Shown here one piece after another: positions 9,132 through 18,920 of a stretch of 32,000 nucleotides of DNA. Source of the stretch: Haloquadratum walsbyi C23 (GTDB lineage Archaea; Halobacteriota; Halobacteria; Halobacteriales; Haloferacaceae); assembly GCF_000237865.1 (NCBI RefSeq), contig NC_017459.1:2160001-2192000 (forward strand), given 5' to 3'. The position numbers and the translations under genes were made by a program. Under the pieces are notes generated by a model that did not search any database, had not been told where the DNA came from, and worked only from the letters and a program-made list of their open reading frames with translations. Position 1 is the stretch's first letter. Each line of letters starts with the position of its first letter.

Positions 9132-10025
9132 ATGATTGAGTTACTTCAAGATCCCATACCATTACAGACGGTTAGACTCGGATTACTTGCACTCACCAAC
9201 ATTGCAGGGTTGGTTCTTGTAGCAACTGGACTCGCAGTCATCTTTGGTCTCATGGGAGTAATTAATTTGTCACATGGGGCACTGATGATGACTGGAGCGT
9301 ACGTTGCATTCATCACTCAAGATATTGGACTCTCTCCATGGCTTGGAGTGATGCTGGCACCAATCGTCGTTGGAATCGTTGGTGTTATTATCGAATTCAG
9401 CGTAATAAAACGGCTCTATAGTCGTCCGCTTGATACATTGTTAGCGACCTGGGGCGTCGCAATCATTCTCAGAGAAGGTGTCAATGTGGTATTTGGCACT
9501 GATAGTAAATCAGTTGAGGCAGTGCTAAGCGGTAACGTTCAGTTATTAGGGGTAACGTACCCACTGTACTGGCTATTGATCATTTTTATGGCTGCACTTG
9601 TCCTCACTGCATCCGTTGCAGTGTTCAAGTATACTGATATTGGGATAATGGCATTAGCTGTCATTGAGGACAGGCAAATGGCTGCCGCATCTGGTGTTAA
9701 TACTGTTTTGTCTGACCGTCTGACATTTGGATTCGGAGCTGCCCTTGCCGGATTATCTGGAGCCGTCATGGCTCCCTTGCTCAGTGTAAACGCTAATATG
9801 GGTATACAATGGCTTTTGAATTCGTTCCTCGTGGTGATTGTTGGGGGAGTTGGGAGTTTTATTGGAACGGCTGTCGGCGGTGTTCTTATTGGTGGGTTGG
9901 ATAATACACTCAGGGCGCTCACGCAATATACCGCACTCGCCCAGGCCTTCGTTTTACTCATTGCATTCATTATACTCCGGTATCGACCGAACGGACTGAT
10001 TCCAGCTGATCGAGGTGCACGGTGA
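9132..10025 (+). CDS. ABC transporter permease (LivH/UrtB type)
   Basis: 297-aa polytopic membrane protein. GLMGVINLSHGALMMTGAY and SFLVVIVGGVGSFIGTAVGG are typical of the LivH/UrtB family. Confidence 0.9.
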   Translation: MIELLQDPIPLQTVRLGLLALTNIAGLVLVATGLAVIFGLMGVINLSHGALMMTGAYVAFITQDIGLSPWLGVMLAPIVVGIVGVIIEFSVIKRLYSRPLDTLLATWGVAIILREGVNVVFGTDSKSVEAVLSGNVQLLGVTYPLYWLLIIFMAALVLTASVAVFKYTDIGIMALAVIEDRQMAAASGVNTVLSDRLTFGFGAALAGLSGAVMAPLLSVNANMGIQWLLNSFLVVIVGGVGSFIGTAVGGVLIGGLDNTLRALTQYTALAQAFVLLIAFIILRYRPNGLIPADRGAR

Positions 10026-10026
10026 A

Positions 10027-11088
10027 ATGTCAGAAGAGATTGAAACATCATATCGCCCGAGGGTAATATGGGCGCTTGAAAACCCACACCGGTTACTTGA
10101 GTATGCTGGTGTCATATTGCTGTTGGCAATTCCGATTTTGCTCCCGACTAGTAGTGTTCAGACATGGTCGGTATATCTAATATACTGTATGGTCGCCGTG
10201 AGTGTCGACCTCGTCTGGGGGTACACCGGGCTACTGACGCTCGGACATGCAGCATATTTCGGTGCTGGTGCATACCTAACAGCAAAAATATCCGAACTAA
10301 TCCCAGTAATTCCAGAAATTGCGAGTGTCTTCATTTTCGCCCCATTATTTGGTGCATTGTTAACACTTGCAATTGGGTGGTTTTTATTTAGTGCTGATAT
10401 CAAGGGTGCGTACTTCGCAATCGCTACATTGATTATTTCGGTCGTGTTCGAGCGAATTGTTTCACAGTTTACCGGATTTTTAGGCGGATTTAATGGGTTG
10501 TCAGGCATACCAGCACTATCAATCGCTGGCTTCGACTTCCCAGCAGTGGCCGAGTATTATACTGTCCTGGCTGTATTGATTGGCATATATATTGGGACCC
10601 GTCAGCTAACGAATTCTGCCTTTGGTCAGACATTGAAAGGGATTCGAGAAGATCAAAAGCGGACCGAAGCCTTTGGATATAATACTGAATTGTGTCGATT
10701 AGTCGTGTTTACTCTTAGTGGTGGTATCGCCGGATTAGCTGGCGGATTATATGCAACTGTCGATGGATTCATATCGCCACCAATCATTGGTTTCGTTCTG
10801 TCCACAACGATTGTTATTTGGGTCGCTGTTGGTGGTCGTGGCACATTAATTGGAGCAGCGCTCGGGGCAATTTTAATCCAATTTCTAACTTCTGCTCTCA
10901 GTGATCTTCTTCTTAACTTTTGGCAGATTATCTTGGCAATTATATTCATTGCAGTCGTGATTGGCTCACCAAGTGGAATCGTTGGACTAATTCAGAGAGA
11001 CAGTCGGACAATTCAATGGCTTCGGGAACAACTCGTTGAGCGAACGAGTATCATGACAACAGGGAAAATCAGTGATCGAAATGACTAG
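10027..11088 (+). CDS. ABC transporter permease (LivM/UrtC type)
   Basis: Membrane protein with DLVWGYTGLLTLGHAAYFGAGAY and GGFNGLSGIP motifs. The ATG at 10027 lies 2 nt after the upstream stop. A GTG at 10015 is an alternative start. Confidence 0.9.
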   Translation: MSEEIETSYRPRVIWALENPHRLLEYAGVILLLAIPILLPTSSVQTWSVYLIYCMVAVSVDLVWGYTGLLTLGHAAYFGAGAYLTAKISELIPVIPEIASVFIFAPLFGALLTLAIGWFLFSADIKGAYFAIATLIISVVFERIVSQFTGFLGGFNGLSGIPALSIAGFDFPAVAEYYTVLAVLIGIYIGTRQLTNSAFGQTLKGIREDQKRTEAFGYNTELCRLVVFTLSGGIAGLAGGLYATVDGFISPPIIGFVLSTTIVIWVAVGGRGTLIGAALGAILIQFLTSALSDLLLNFWQIILAIIFIAVVIGSPSGIVGLIQRDSRTIQWLREQLVERTSIMTTGKISDRND

Positions 11089-11827
11089 TATCACTCTCGA
11101 GACCACAAACTTGACGAAAAAATTCGGGAAATTCACTGCTGTGGACGATGTAAATATGAGAATAAACTCTGGTGAGACACGAGCATTAATCGGACCTAAT
11201 GGCGCTGGAAAAACGACCTTCCAGAATTTGATTAGCGGTGATTTACCTGTCACGGAAGGGTCAATTACATTCGACGGAAAAGATATCACATCATTATCAT
11301 CATATAAGCGTGCTCGAGTAGGTATGATCAGAAAATATCAAGAGAATCACATTTATGAATCTGAGACAGTACTGCAGAATATGCGGATTGCCTCCCGTGG
11401 TCGGAACTCAATTCCAGAGTTGATGTCAGCCCGTGATAAGTCAGATATTCAAGATCAGACTATCGAGTTACTTGAGATTGCAAATTTGCGCACGGAGCAG
11501 GATACGACCGCAACCAATCTCTCACATGGTGAACAGCAGTGGTTAGAAATCATCATGTGTGTTATCGCGGATCCAACCTTACTGATTCTTGATGAACCTA
11601 CATCTGGGATGAGTGTCGGTGAGACAAATGACACTGTCCAGTTAATTGATAAAATAAAAGAGAGTACAGATTTATCATTATTAGTGGTGGAACACGATAT
11701 GGAGTTCATTAAAAAAGTATCAAATAATATCACCGTGCTTCACCGTGGTAGCGTCATCGCCGAGGGAAATATCAAGCAGGTCGAAAATAATGAACGAGTT
11801 CGAAAAGTGTATTTGGAGGGTGGATAA
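11081..11827 (+). CDS. ABC transporter ATP-binding protein (LivG/UrtD type)
   Basis: Walker A GPNGAGKTT, signature LSHGEQQWLEI and Walker B LLILDEP. The ATG at 11081 overlaps the upstream stop by 8 nt. A GTG at 11072 is an alternative start. Confidence 0.93.
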   Translation: MTSITLETTNLTKKFGKFTAVDDVNMRINSGETRALIGPNGAGKTTFQNLISGDLPVTEGSITFDGKDITSLSSYKRARVGMIRKYQENHIYESETVLQNMRIASRGRNSIPELMSARDKSDIQDQTIELLEIANLRTEQDTTATNLSHGEQQWLEIIMCVIADPTLLILDEPTSGMSVGETNDTVQLIDKIKESTDLSLLVVEHDMEFIKKVSNNITVLHRGSVIAEGNIKQVENNERVRKVYLEGG

Positions 11828-12528
11828 TGCTTGAAATATCTGATGCATACATTGGGTACGGTGATACGACAGTTGTATACGGATCTTCAATCACTGTCCC
11901 AGAAGATAGCATTGTGGCTGTGCTCGGTCGGAATGGAGTCGGGAAGACAACTCTATTACGCGGTATTATGGGGCAGAATACAATCTCTGAGGGAGAAATT
12001 GTATTTGAAGGCACGGACATTGTGAATCAGCCCCCATATGAGATTGCCGCTGCCGGAGTTGCCCTTGTTCCGCAGTCTCGTGATATCTTTTCAATTTTAT
12101 CTGTAGAGGATAACATCCGAATGGGCAGTGCAAGTTCTTCTGAACGGCTACTTTCTGGTGTCGATGATGAGATATATGATTATTTCCCAATGCTCGAACA
12201 GAAGGCCGACGCTCGCGGGGGAACTCTCAGCGGCGGTCAACAGCAGCAACTCGCCATTGCCAGAGCATTAAATTCTGATCCTAAATTATTATTACTTGAT
12301 GAACCATCAGAGGGTATTCAACCGTCAATTGTTGATGATATTAGACATAGAATAAAGCAAATAAAAACTGAGCGTAATATCTCAGTTCTTATTGTTGAGC
12401 AGAATCTTGATTTAGCACTTGATTTGGCCGAGTACTGTTATATCATGGAGGCTGGACGAGTAGTTGAACATGGAGAGCCTGATGAATTACAGCAGGAAAA
12501 CAAAATTACTGAAAATATAGAAATATAG
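11827..12528 (+). CDS. ABC transporter ATP-binding protein (LivF/UrtE type)
   Basis: Walker A GRNGVGKTT, signature LSGGQQQQLAIARAL and Walker B LLLLDEPSEG. The start overlaps the upstream stop (TAATG). Confidence 0.93.
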   Translation: MLEISDAYIGYGDTTVVYGSSITVPEDSIVAVLGRNGVGKTTLLRGIMGQNTISEGEIVFEGTDIVNQPPYEIAAAGVALVPQSRDIFSILSVEDNIRMGSASSSERLLSGVDDEIYDYFPMLEQKADARGGTLSGGQQQQLAIARALNSDPKLLLLDEPSEGIQPSIVDDIRHRIKQIKTERNISVLIVEQNLDLALDLAEYCYIMEAGRVVEHGEPDELQQENKITENIEI

Positions 12529-12530
12529 TC

Positions 12531-12917
12531 ATGCAGAGTCAGAAAATATTGACCTGTATCAGTAGCGATGAGGAAATTGCCAAGGAGTGTGCTAGATTGC
12601 TAGCTGAGTCAGCAAATCACGCCCAGTCTGAGGTGTTATTATTCCATTGTTTCAGTAACAACCCAGGCGGTAAATCGGCGGTCCGAGTCGCGGCAGTTCA
12701 GACTGCCATGGAGATACTTGATGATGCTAACATTGAATATCAGACGATTGAAGATAGTGGAGATCCAGCCAGCCGAATCTTAGACGCTGAAAAAGAGTAT
12801 GAACCTGATTTCATCCTCCTCGGCAAAAGCCGCCGTTCAACGGCAGATAAGACACTGTTTGGCAGCGTTACAGAACGGGTTATGAAAGAGACTACGAGTC
12901 CGGTGATATATGTATAA
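12531..12917 (+). CDS. Universal stress protein (UspA family)
   Basis: 128 aa, with the C-terminal pattern DFILLGKSRRS....LFGSVTERVMKETTSPVIYV. It starts 3 nt after the ABC ATPase stop. Confidence 0.85.
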   Translation: MQSQKILTCISSDEEIAKECARLLAESANHAQSEVLLFHCFSNNPGGKSAVRVAAVQTAMEILDDANIEYQTIEDSGDPASRILDAEKEYEPDFILLGKSRRSTADKTLFGSVTERVMKETTSPVIYV

Positions 12918-13106
12918 CATATAATTAATTATAATAAAGCGACAGAGTCAGTATGATGGTACTAAAGTTGTTAACTATGTGAGATTCGATATTCGACTAA
13001 CATAACAAGTGTTGGTCACTACCTACTGAATAAGCGAAACATCATAGATTAAATATGCTATGAACTTGCCCAATCTTTAATATCTCATCCAGATTAATTT
13101 AAATCA

Positions 13107-13517
13107 ATGAATAAAACCATGGATGAAATTGTACAACCAAAATCAATAGGGTTAGTCGCTGGTGGTGGATTTTTAGGTGCAAACGCTCGATATATTGTTG
13201 GGTTGATTATTCCCACCCCGTTGTTGGCTACTGGAATATCTAATGTCGTTGGGTGTTTTTTTCTCGGACTGATCATGTTTGATTCCCGGTCTCAAAGTTA
13301 TATATCCAAACAACCTCGGTTACTTCTTGGAACTGGCTTTATTTCATCATTCACCACCTACAGTGCATTCGCATTACAGATTGTTTCAACACAACCAGTA
13401 ACTGCAGTCGCTTACATTGTTACTAGTTATGTGCTTGGATTTGGGGCGATATTCATGTCTTGGTTTTTTATACAGACACAATCTGATGTGTCCGCGACAG
13501 AACTATGGAATAAATAG
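13107..13517 (+). CDS. crcB: Fluoride ion channel CrcB/FluC, homolog 1
   Basis: Four-TM protein with GGFLGANARY near the N-terminus and the SSFTTYSAFA motif. Confidence 0.9.
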   Translation: MNKTMDEIVQPKSIGLVAGGGFLGANARYIVGLIIPTPLLATGISNVVGCFFLGLIMFDSRSQSYISKQPRLLLGTGFISSFTTYSAFALQIVSTQPVTAVAYIVTSYVLGFGAIFMSWFFIQTQSDVSATELWNK

Positions 13518-13874
13518 ATGGAGTTCTTATTAATCGGACTGGGTGCAGTGTTCGGTGCGGTGAGTCGGTATATCATTGGACAATTAATTGCTAGCGAGGT
13601 ATTTCCACTATCCACATTGGTTGTCAATACGATTGGTAGTCTATTATTAGGGATTGCAACTGGGCTATCTCTTGGGACCAGTTATCTAATTTTTGGCGTT
13701 GGATTCTGTGGATCATTTACCACATTTTCATCATTTAGTTTCCAGACGGTTGATTTGCTTTCACGTGGTCGGCGGAAGTTGGCGGTATATAATGCTGGAT
13801 TCAATCTAGCACTCTGCGTGTGCGCGGTATACGTCGGAATTTCTGTTTCCACGTATATCCGGTTTCTCTGGTGA
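13518..13874 (+). CDS. crcB: Fluoride ion channel CrcB/FluC, homolog 2
   Basis: GAVFGAVSRY and CGSFTTFSSFSFQ motifs. The ATG directly follows the stop of homolog 1. Confidence 0.9.
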   Translation: MEFLLIGLGAVFGAVSRYIIGQLIASEVFPLSTLVVNTIGSLLLGIATGLSLGTSYLIFGVGFCGSFTTFSSFSFQTVDLLSRGRRKLAVYNAGFNLALCVCAVYVGISVSTYIRFLW

Positions 13875-14107
13875 TAGCAAATATACGTAGATTCTGAAAT
13901 CATCAAACACGAGCTGAGGTATTTTTGATCTGATGAGTAAATTGAGCACACATTCATAGACAAACTATTTCAATATGTAGATTGATTAATCAGATTTATT
14001 ATATACGAAATTTAATTTTATGATTGTAAGCGAATCCACATACATAATACATGTGAACAGTTCTAAACAGAACAAGACGTAAATGTGGCTTGAGTATTAA
14101 CATAGAT

Positions 14108-14641
14108 ATGCAACGTTCAGATGAGCGAGAAGCAGAGACAACGACTGGCTCCGATAAATCGTTGACAGGGAGTGACCAGAATCTCGATTTTGATGTTGAA
14201 TCAGATATTGGGAGTGATATCGAGACCGACTTTGGATCAGAAGTTACCAGTAAGACAAGTAAGGATAACCGACGCTTGCCGACGATTCGCTCACTTGTCT
14301 TTGTTATTGTAGCCTCAGCTATTGGATTTCTCGGCGGTGGGTCGGTTCCAATCATTGGGACAATCGGGCAGTTTCTTGGGCTATTTATTTCGAGTTTCTT
14401 GATCGGTGCGATTGGATCACGGGGTCGATATGCTGAAAGTGCGATTGGTGGTGGGTTAGTGACAGGGACGCTGTTATTACTTGGAACTCTCACAAGTGTA
14501 TTCACGCCGTTTGCAGTGGAGTTTTTAGCTGATTATGGGATCGCAATTGCTGGTGCCGGCGTAGGGCTTGGGAGCATCATCGCCGTCATTGGTCACTACT
14601 TTGGACGTGATTTACGTAGTGGTCTCACAAAAGATATCTAA
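14108..14641 (+). CDS. Hypothetical membrane protein with an acidic N-terminal tail and Gly-rich TM segments
   Basis: A ~60-aa acidic Ser/Asp-rich N-terminus (DFDVESDIGSDIETDFGSEV) is followed by about four Gly-rich hydrophobic segments. The ATG at 14108 is preferred over the TTG at 14090. Confidence 0.7.
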   Translation: MQRSDEREAETTTGSDKSLTGSDQNLDFDVESDIGSDIETDFGSEVTSKTSKDNRRLPTIRSLVFVIVASAIGFLGGGSVPIIGTIGQFLGLFISSFLIGAIGSRGRYAESAIGGGLVTGTLLLLGTLTSVFTPFAVEFLADYGIAIAGAGVGLGSIIAVIGHYFGRDLRSGLTKDI

Positions 14642-14746
14642 GGGCTATACACTCCACACACAGGTATAATAACAAAGGACACGGGATACGTCTCTGAATA
14701 AGTCTCCTCACTCATCAGATTGAAGATTTATTATATCTCGATGAGA

Positions 14747-15550
14747 TCATTTATCAATTCGCCATTGCCGGTCAGGACCACGGGTAACAAACTCGTGGTG
14801 TGCGAGATGTTCAAGTGCTGTTTCAACGCGGTCGCCGTCTGCATTTATATGGCTTGCAATTGCTGATGTTGATTTCGCTTCGGTTGTGATTGTTGCAAGC
14901 ACATCAGCATAAAATCGGATATCTGCCTCAGCATCGAGTTGGGTATCAAGCGTATCAAGAATATCTGTGAGGCGACCGTGAACCCACCGTTGTGCTAATG
15001 AAAGCTCACTCTCAAGATCATTAAGCCGACGGTATTGTTGCATGAGTGTGGAAATATCCGTAGATTGTGATGGCGAAGACACTCTCTCAGTGGTTTCAAC
15101 CGTCCGAGATTCACTTTCCTCATGCACCTGAGTGCGCTTACGATTCTGTGCTGAGGAGCGTCGTGACTTGGAGTTTGAGTCGGCTGTGTCCTCACTATCA
15201 CTGTCTGTTATTGCATCTAGTACATCGATTGTCAGATATTGACATCGACCACGCATATCGAGACTTCGACTTGCGGGGTAAGCGCTCTTTGCACCAAAAC
15301 CATGTGGTGATACAGATACCTCAAGTCGGAGATTTCGCGCGATATGGAAATACTTTCGTCGTCGTTCATCGGTTCGACTTTCAACAAGATCGGCGTCTTC
15401 GAGCTTTTGAAGATGATCAATAACCGCTTTCGGGCTTACACCAAGGTACTCGCTGATCTCCGTGACATAACATGGCTTATGTGAGAGAAGTCGGAGAATG
15501 CGACGCCGGTTCTCATTTCCCAAGAGATCGAGGAGCACCGCAGAATCCAT
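14747..15550 (-). CDS. ArsR-family HTH transcription regulator with a long C-terminal extension
   Basis: The N-terminus LLDLLGNENRRRILRLLSHKPCYVTEISEYLGVSPKAVIDHLQKLEDADLVESR is a classic ArsR/SmtB wHTH. It is followed by a charged Ser-rich linker and a helical C-terminal region. Confidence 0.85.
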   Translation of the reverse strand: MDSAVLLDLLGNENRRRILRLLSHKPCYVTEISEYLGVSPKAVIDHLQKLEDADLVESRTDERRRKYFHIARNLRLEVSVSPHGFGAKSAYPASRSLDMRGRCQYLTIDVLDAITDSDSEDTADSNSKSRRSSAQNRKRTQVHEESESRTVETTERVSSPSQSTDISTLMQQYRRLNDLESELSLAQRWVHGRLTDILDTLDTQLDAEADIRFYADVLATITTEAKSTSAIASHINADGDRVETALEHLAHHEFVTRGPDRQWRIDK

Positions 15551-15600
15551 ACTTGGATTAGCCTCCAGACGTATAAGAGGGTGACGTCAATGAATCCTAA

Positions 15601-16326
15601 TTAATCGCTAGACTGCACGGTGGTATGATGATCGAACGCGTCAGCTGCAAGTAACACAACAACAATAGAGAGCCCAACAGTAATCACCGCAAGCATCATA
15701 CCAGCTTCATATCGAAGCGGTGGGTAGAGTCCAAGTCCATAATCAAACGCATCATTGATGAGCAAGAGTGTAAACGCAATAAAAAGCGCTGTACGTGATG
15801 TTTCGCCATAATATGGGATTGCCATCGCTTGAAGAATAAAGAATGCATGCGTGAGTAGGATTCCCCAATATTCCCAGAGAAGTGCTGGGGTAAAGCCAAT
15901 ATAAAGATCTGGACGTAGATTAAGTGCAATACCGGTCCAGAGCCCGTATTTGATAAGCCACACGAATGCAAGTGTATGGAGAATTGAGACGAGATGATTT
16001 GATGGTATATTGGCAAGCGGTTGGAGCTGTGTGCATCTGACAAATGGGAGTATGGTCGCAACTGAAAGGGATGCTAAGGCAAGTGCTGTCGGCGAATCGC
16101 CAAATAGCGGATATAAAAGAGGGCTTACAGCCTGAAGAGAGGGGTCACTATGGACATAGAAATTCACGCCAACAAGAAATGCAACGCCATCAGCAATAAG
16201 AAGCCATCCAAGGCTGGCGGGTCTCGTGAGATAATAACGAACCCAGCGTGTTGGAAACGGTTGAGGAAGTCGTCCATGCCACCCACGAGACTGGGCAACT
16301 CCGTCGTACTCAGAGGCACTCATCAT
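15601..16326 (-). CDS. Polytopic membrane protein, DUF1405-like
   Basis: About 6-7 hydrophobic segments. The overall pattern (YLTRP..LGWLLIADGVAFLVGVNFY, SPLLYPLFGDSPTA) recalls DUF1405. That family call comes from memory only. ATG at 16326 (TTG at 16341 in the track). Confidence 0.6.
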   Translation of the reverse strand: MMSASEYDGVAQSRGWHGRLPQPFPTRWVRYYLTRPASLGWLLIADGVAFLVGVNFYVHSDPSLQAVSPLLYPLFGDSPTALALASLSVATILPFVRCTQLQPLANIPSNHLVSILHTLAFVWLIKYGLWTGIALNLRPDLYIGFTPALLWEYWGILLTHAFFILQAMAIPYYGETSRTALFIAFTLLLINDAFDYGLGLYPPLRYEAGMMLAVITVGLSIVVVLLAADAFDHHTTVQSSD

Positions 16327-16651
16327 ATCGGGAGATGGCAAGCACCGGAAAGAAACTATCGTGTCGGTTTAAATGAGGTGTACGTTCTATTTCATCTGTA
16401 TCAACCGTGAATGAGATAGTCACTACATTCGGTTTGGAATATGAGATACTCCCTGTATTGATATCAGCTGTTGATACTGTGGATTTCTTTTTTAGATCTG
16501 TGAAATAGGACGTGTCAACTGGTGTTCCGCGACTGATGATCCAAACTCCGTAGAAAAGTAATGGACATAGTGACAGTAATATAAAATTTCACAGCATGTC
16601 AGATATCGATGAAACGAAGCCTATTCACACAATCGGGGTCACGACACAGAC

Positions 16652-18166
16652 ATGCAAACCGCGCTGGTCATTCTCGACGGTTGGGGGCTTGGAGATCACG
16701 ATAGACGTAATGCGGTACAGACAGCCTCAACGCCAACATTTGATCGTCTCACCGAGAAAGGCGCAAACGGAACACTCGATGTGTCTGGTCGTCAAGTTGG
16801 GCTTCCAGCAGGTCAGATGGGCAATAGCGAGGTTGGGCATCTAAATATTGGTGCTGGACAGGTAGTGAAGCAGGCGTATACGCGGGTTGAGGATGCGATT
16901 GATAATGGAAGTTTCCAAACGAATGCAGCGATCAATGCAGCATTCAATCACGCTGTAGCAACAAATGGTCGGGTGCATTTCATGGGGCTGCTTAGCGATG
17001 GTGGTGTCCACTCTGAACAGGAACATCTTCATGCACTCATCGAGTTAGCGGGCGACCGCAATATTGACGCTATTACGCATGTATTCACAGACGGTCGTGA
17101 TACTAACCCACACAGTAGTGAACAGTATCTCACGACGCTCGAAGAGGTTATTGATACGCACGGAACAGGGGATATTGCGACTGTTTCTGGGCGATATTAT
17201 GCGATGGACCGGGATAAAAACTGGACGCGAACACTGATGAGTTATGATGCGATTGTGAATCGAACAGCGGAACATACTACATCTACAGCTCTTGAAGCTG
17301 TTAGTGAGTCATATGACCGCGGGGACACCGATGAATTCATCGAGCCGACGCTGATTGATAACACCCCTGCAGTTGAGGATGGCGATGCTGTATTTGTATT
17401 TAATTTCCGACCAGATCGCGTCAGGCAACTTGTTCGGATGCTTGCTGATATTGATCCAGCCTGGTCATTTGAGACCGACCCACCAACGACTGAACTTGCA
17501 ACGATGACACAATATGATGAGACATTTTCATTGCCTGTTGCGTTTCCACCGAATGAGCAACATGATACACTTGGTGAAATAATTGCCACTGCAGGGTTGA
17601 CACAGCTACGGATTGCTGAATCCGAAAAATACGCACATGTCACGTACTTTCTGAATGGTGGTCGTGAAATAGCCTTTGAGGATGAACGCCGTGAGATTAT
17701 CAAGAGTCCAGATGTCTCGACATACGACCAACAGCCATCGATGAGTAGCAATGAAGTAACCGATACCGCGATTGAACAGATTAACACCACTGACCCTGAT
17801 GTGCTCATACTTAATTATGCAAACCCAGATATGGTTGGTCATACGGGTGATTTCACTGCCGCTATCGAAGCAATCGAAGCCGTCGATACACAACTAGACC
17901 GACTTCTTGAGACAATCTATGCTGCTGGTGGTCATGTAATTGTCACCGCTGATCATGGGAATGCTGATGACATGGGAACCGCAGCAAATCCACATACTGC
18001 TCATACAACAAATCCTGTGCCCATCGTATATACTGGACCAGATGGTAATGGCGACGGCGACACGATTCGTGATGGAGGGTCATTATGTGATATTGCCCCG
18101 ACTGTTCTTGAACTACTTTCAGTTGAACAGCCAGCAGCAATGACGGGGTCTTCACTGATTGAATAA
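16652..18166 (+). CDS. gpmI: 2,3-bisphosphoglycerate-independent phosphoglycerate mutase
   Basis: 504 aa with LVILDGWGL, GNSEVGHLNIGAGQVV, LSDGGVHS, FTDGRDT, NYANPDMVGHTG and ADHGNAD motifs. Confidence 0.95.
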   Translation: MQTALVILDGWGLGDHDRRNAVQTASTPTFDRLTEKGANGTLDVSGRQVGLPAGQMGNSEVGHLNIGAGQVVKQAYTRVEDAIDNGSFQTNAAINAAFNHAVATNGRVHFMGLLSDGGVHSEQEHLHALIELAGDRNIDAITHVFTDGRDTNPHSSEQYLTTLEEVIDTHGTGDIATVSGRYYAMDRDKNWTRTLMSYDAIVNRTAEHTTSTALEAVSESYDRGDTDEFIEPTLIDNTPAVEDGDAVFVFNFRPDRVRQLVRMLADIDPAWSFETDPPTTELATMTQYDETFSLPVAFPPNEQHDTLGEIIATAGLTQLRIAESEKYAHVTYFLNGGREIAFEDERREIIKSPDVSTYDQQPSMSSNEVTDTAIEQINTTDPDVLILNYANPDMVGHTGDFTAAIEAIEAVDTQLDRLLETIYAAGGHVIVTADHGNADDMGTAANPHTAHTTNPVPIVYTGPDGNGDGDTIRDGGSLCDIAPTVLELLSVEQPAAMTGSSLIE

Positions 18167-18183
18167 TACTCATAAAGGGCTCA

Positions 18184-18852
18184 TCAGTAGTTGAGTTCCC
18201 ATCTCCGCTCACGAATCCACGCCCAAACTGGAGGACCAATCAGTATCACTGCAATAATACTTCCAGCAGCAATCAACTGAGGCTGAATCAGCGTACGTAA
18301 CGACAGAGTGGTGAGCGTTTCTGCAGATGCGCCAGCAAGGACGCCTGCGATTGCCCATGGGAGTTCACCAATGATCGTACCAAGAATAAATGGAATCAGA
18401 GAGACACCAGCAATTCCAGCCCCGACTGAAACGACATCAGAGGGGGCTGGGATGAGTCGGGTCGCAACGACACTTCGGGTGTCACCAGTTCGTTCAATAA
18501 ATTCTGCTCCAACCTTTGAGTGATCGGTCGCTCTATCATATTGTCGACCGAGGAGATATGGTGGAATGCTGGTGAATGTAATCAATCCAAGTGCAAGTGG
18601 TAATCCACTCAGTCCAATACCATATCCAATCAGAACTGCGAGAAATGTTGTTGGCCAAGCAAGTAACGGACGGACGATCGCAAGTCCAGTTGTCACAAGA
18701 ACAACGCGAACCGGGTCAGCAATAATCCATGTTGTGTGGTCAAATACGACCGTTGGCGACAGTGTTACTATCGCAGCAGCGACGATCACACCAATAAGAC
18801 CAATCATAAATCGATATCGCTGCTCAGCTAAAGAACAAATCCATCGCCTCAT
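18184..18852 (-). CDS. DedA/VTT (TVP38/TMEM64-like) membrane protein
   Basis: Polytopic protein. The RLIPAPSDVVSVGAGIAGVSLIPFILGTIIGELPWAIAG segment matches the VTT-domain re-entrant loop pattern. Confidence 0.75.
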   Translation of the reverse strand: MRRWICSLAEQRYRFMIGLIGVIVAAAIVTLSPTVVFDHTTWIIADPVRVVLVTTGLAIVRPLLAWPTTFLAVLIGYGIGLSGLPLALGLITFTSIPPYLLGRQYDRATDHSKVGAEFIERTGDTRSVVATRLIPAPSDVVSVGAGIAGVSLIPFILGTIIGELPWAIAGVLAGASAETLTTLSLRTLIQPQLIAAGSIIAVILIGPPVWAWIRERRWELNY

Positions 18853-18920
18853 GATATATCGGCGTTGTCTGCCACAGGGACATATACTTTTGTTAACCGC
18901 CTGTAGATATCTGTACTATT

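Noticed and set aside
9539-10087. Long antisense or alternative-frame ORFs inside confident genes. These include 9539-10087, 10158-10508, 13999-14505, 17242-17808, 21509-22120, 22716-23096, 28515-28925 and 29592-30140.
   Set aside because: They are shadow ORFs opposite or out of frame with genes that carry clear family motifs. Their translations are Ser/Pro/Arg/Cys-rich and non-acidic, unlike every real protein here.
12918-13106. Possible fluoride (crcB-motif) riboswitch upstream of the crcB pair. An AUGAUGG-like string is present near 12953.
   Set aside because: The rest of the conserved core (a CCGCC-type pseudoknot partner and the 3' CUGAUGAUGCCU-like segment) is absent, and I could draw no convincing fold. 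It needs an Infernal scan to be definitive.
16533-16539. CUGAUGA strings in spacers (16533-16539, 13930-13937, 5819-5825) that could be box C or hammerhead core motifs.
   Set aside because: There is no matching D box (CUGA) at sRNA distance with terminal pairing. There is also no GAAA/helix III arrangement for a hammerhead. Isolated 7-mers are expected by chance.
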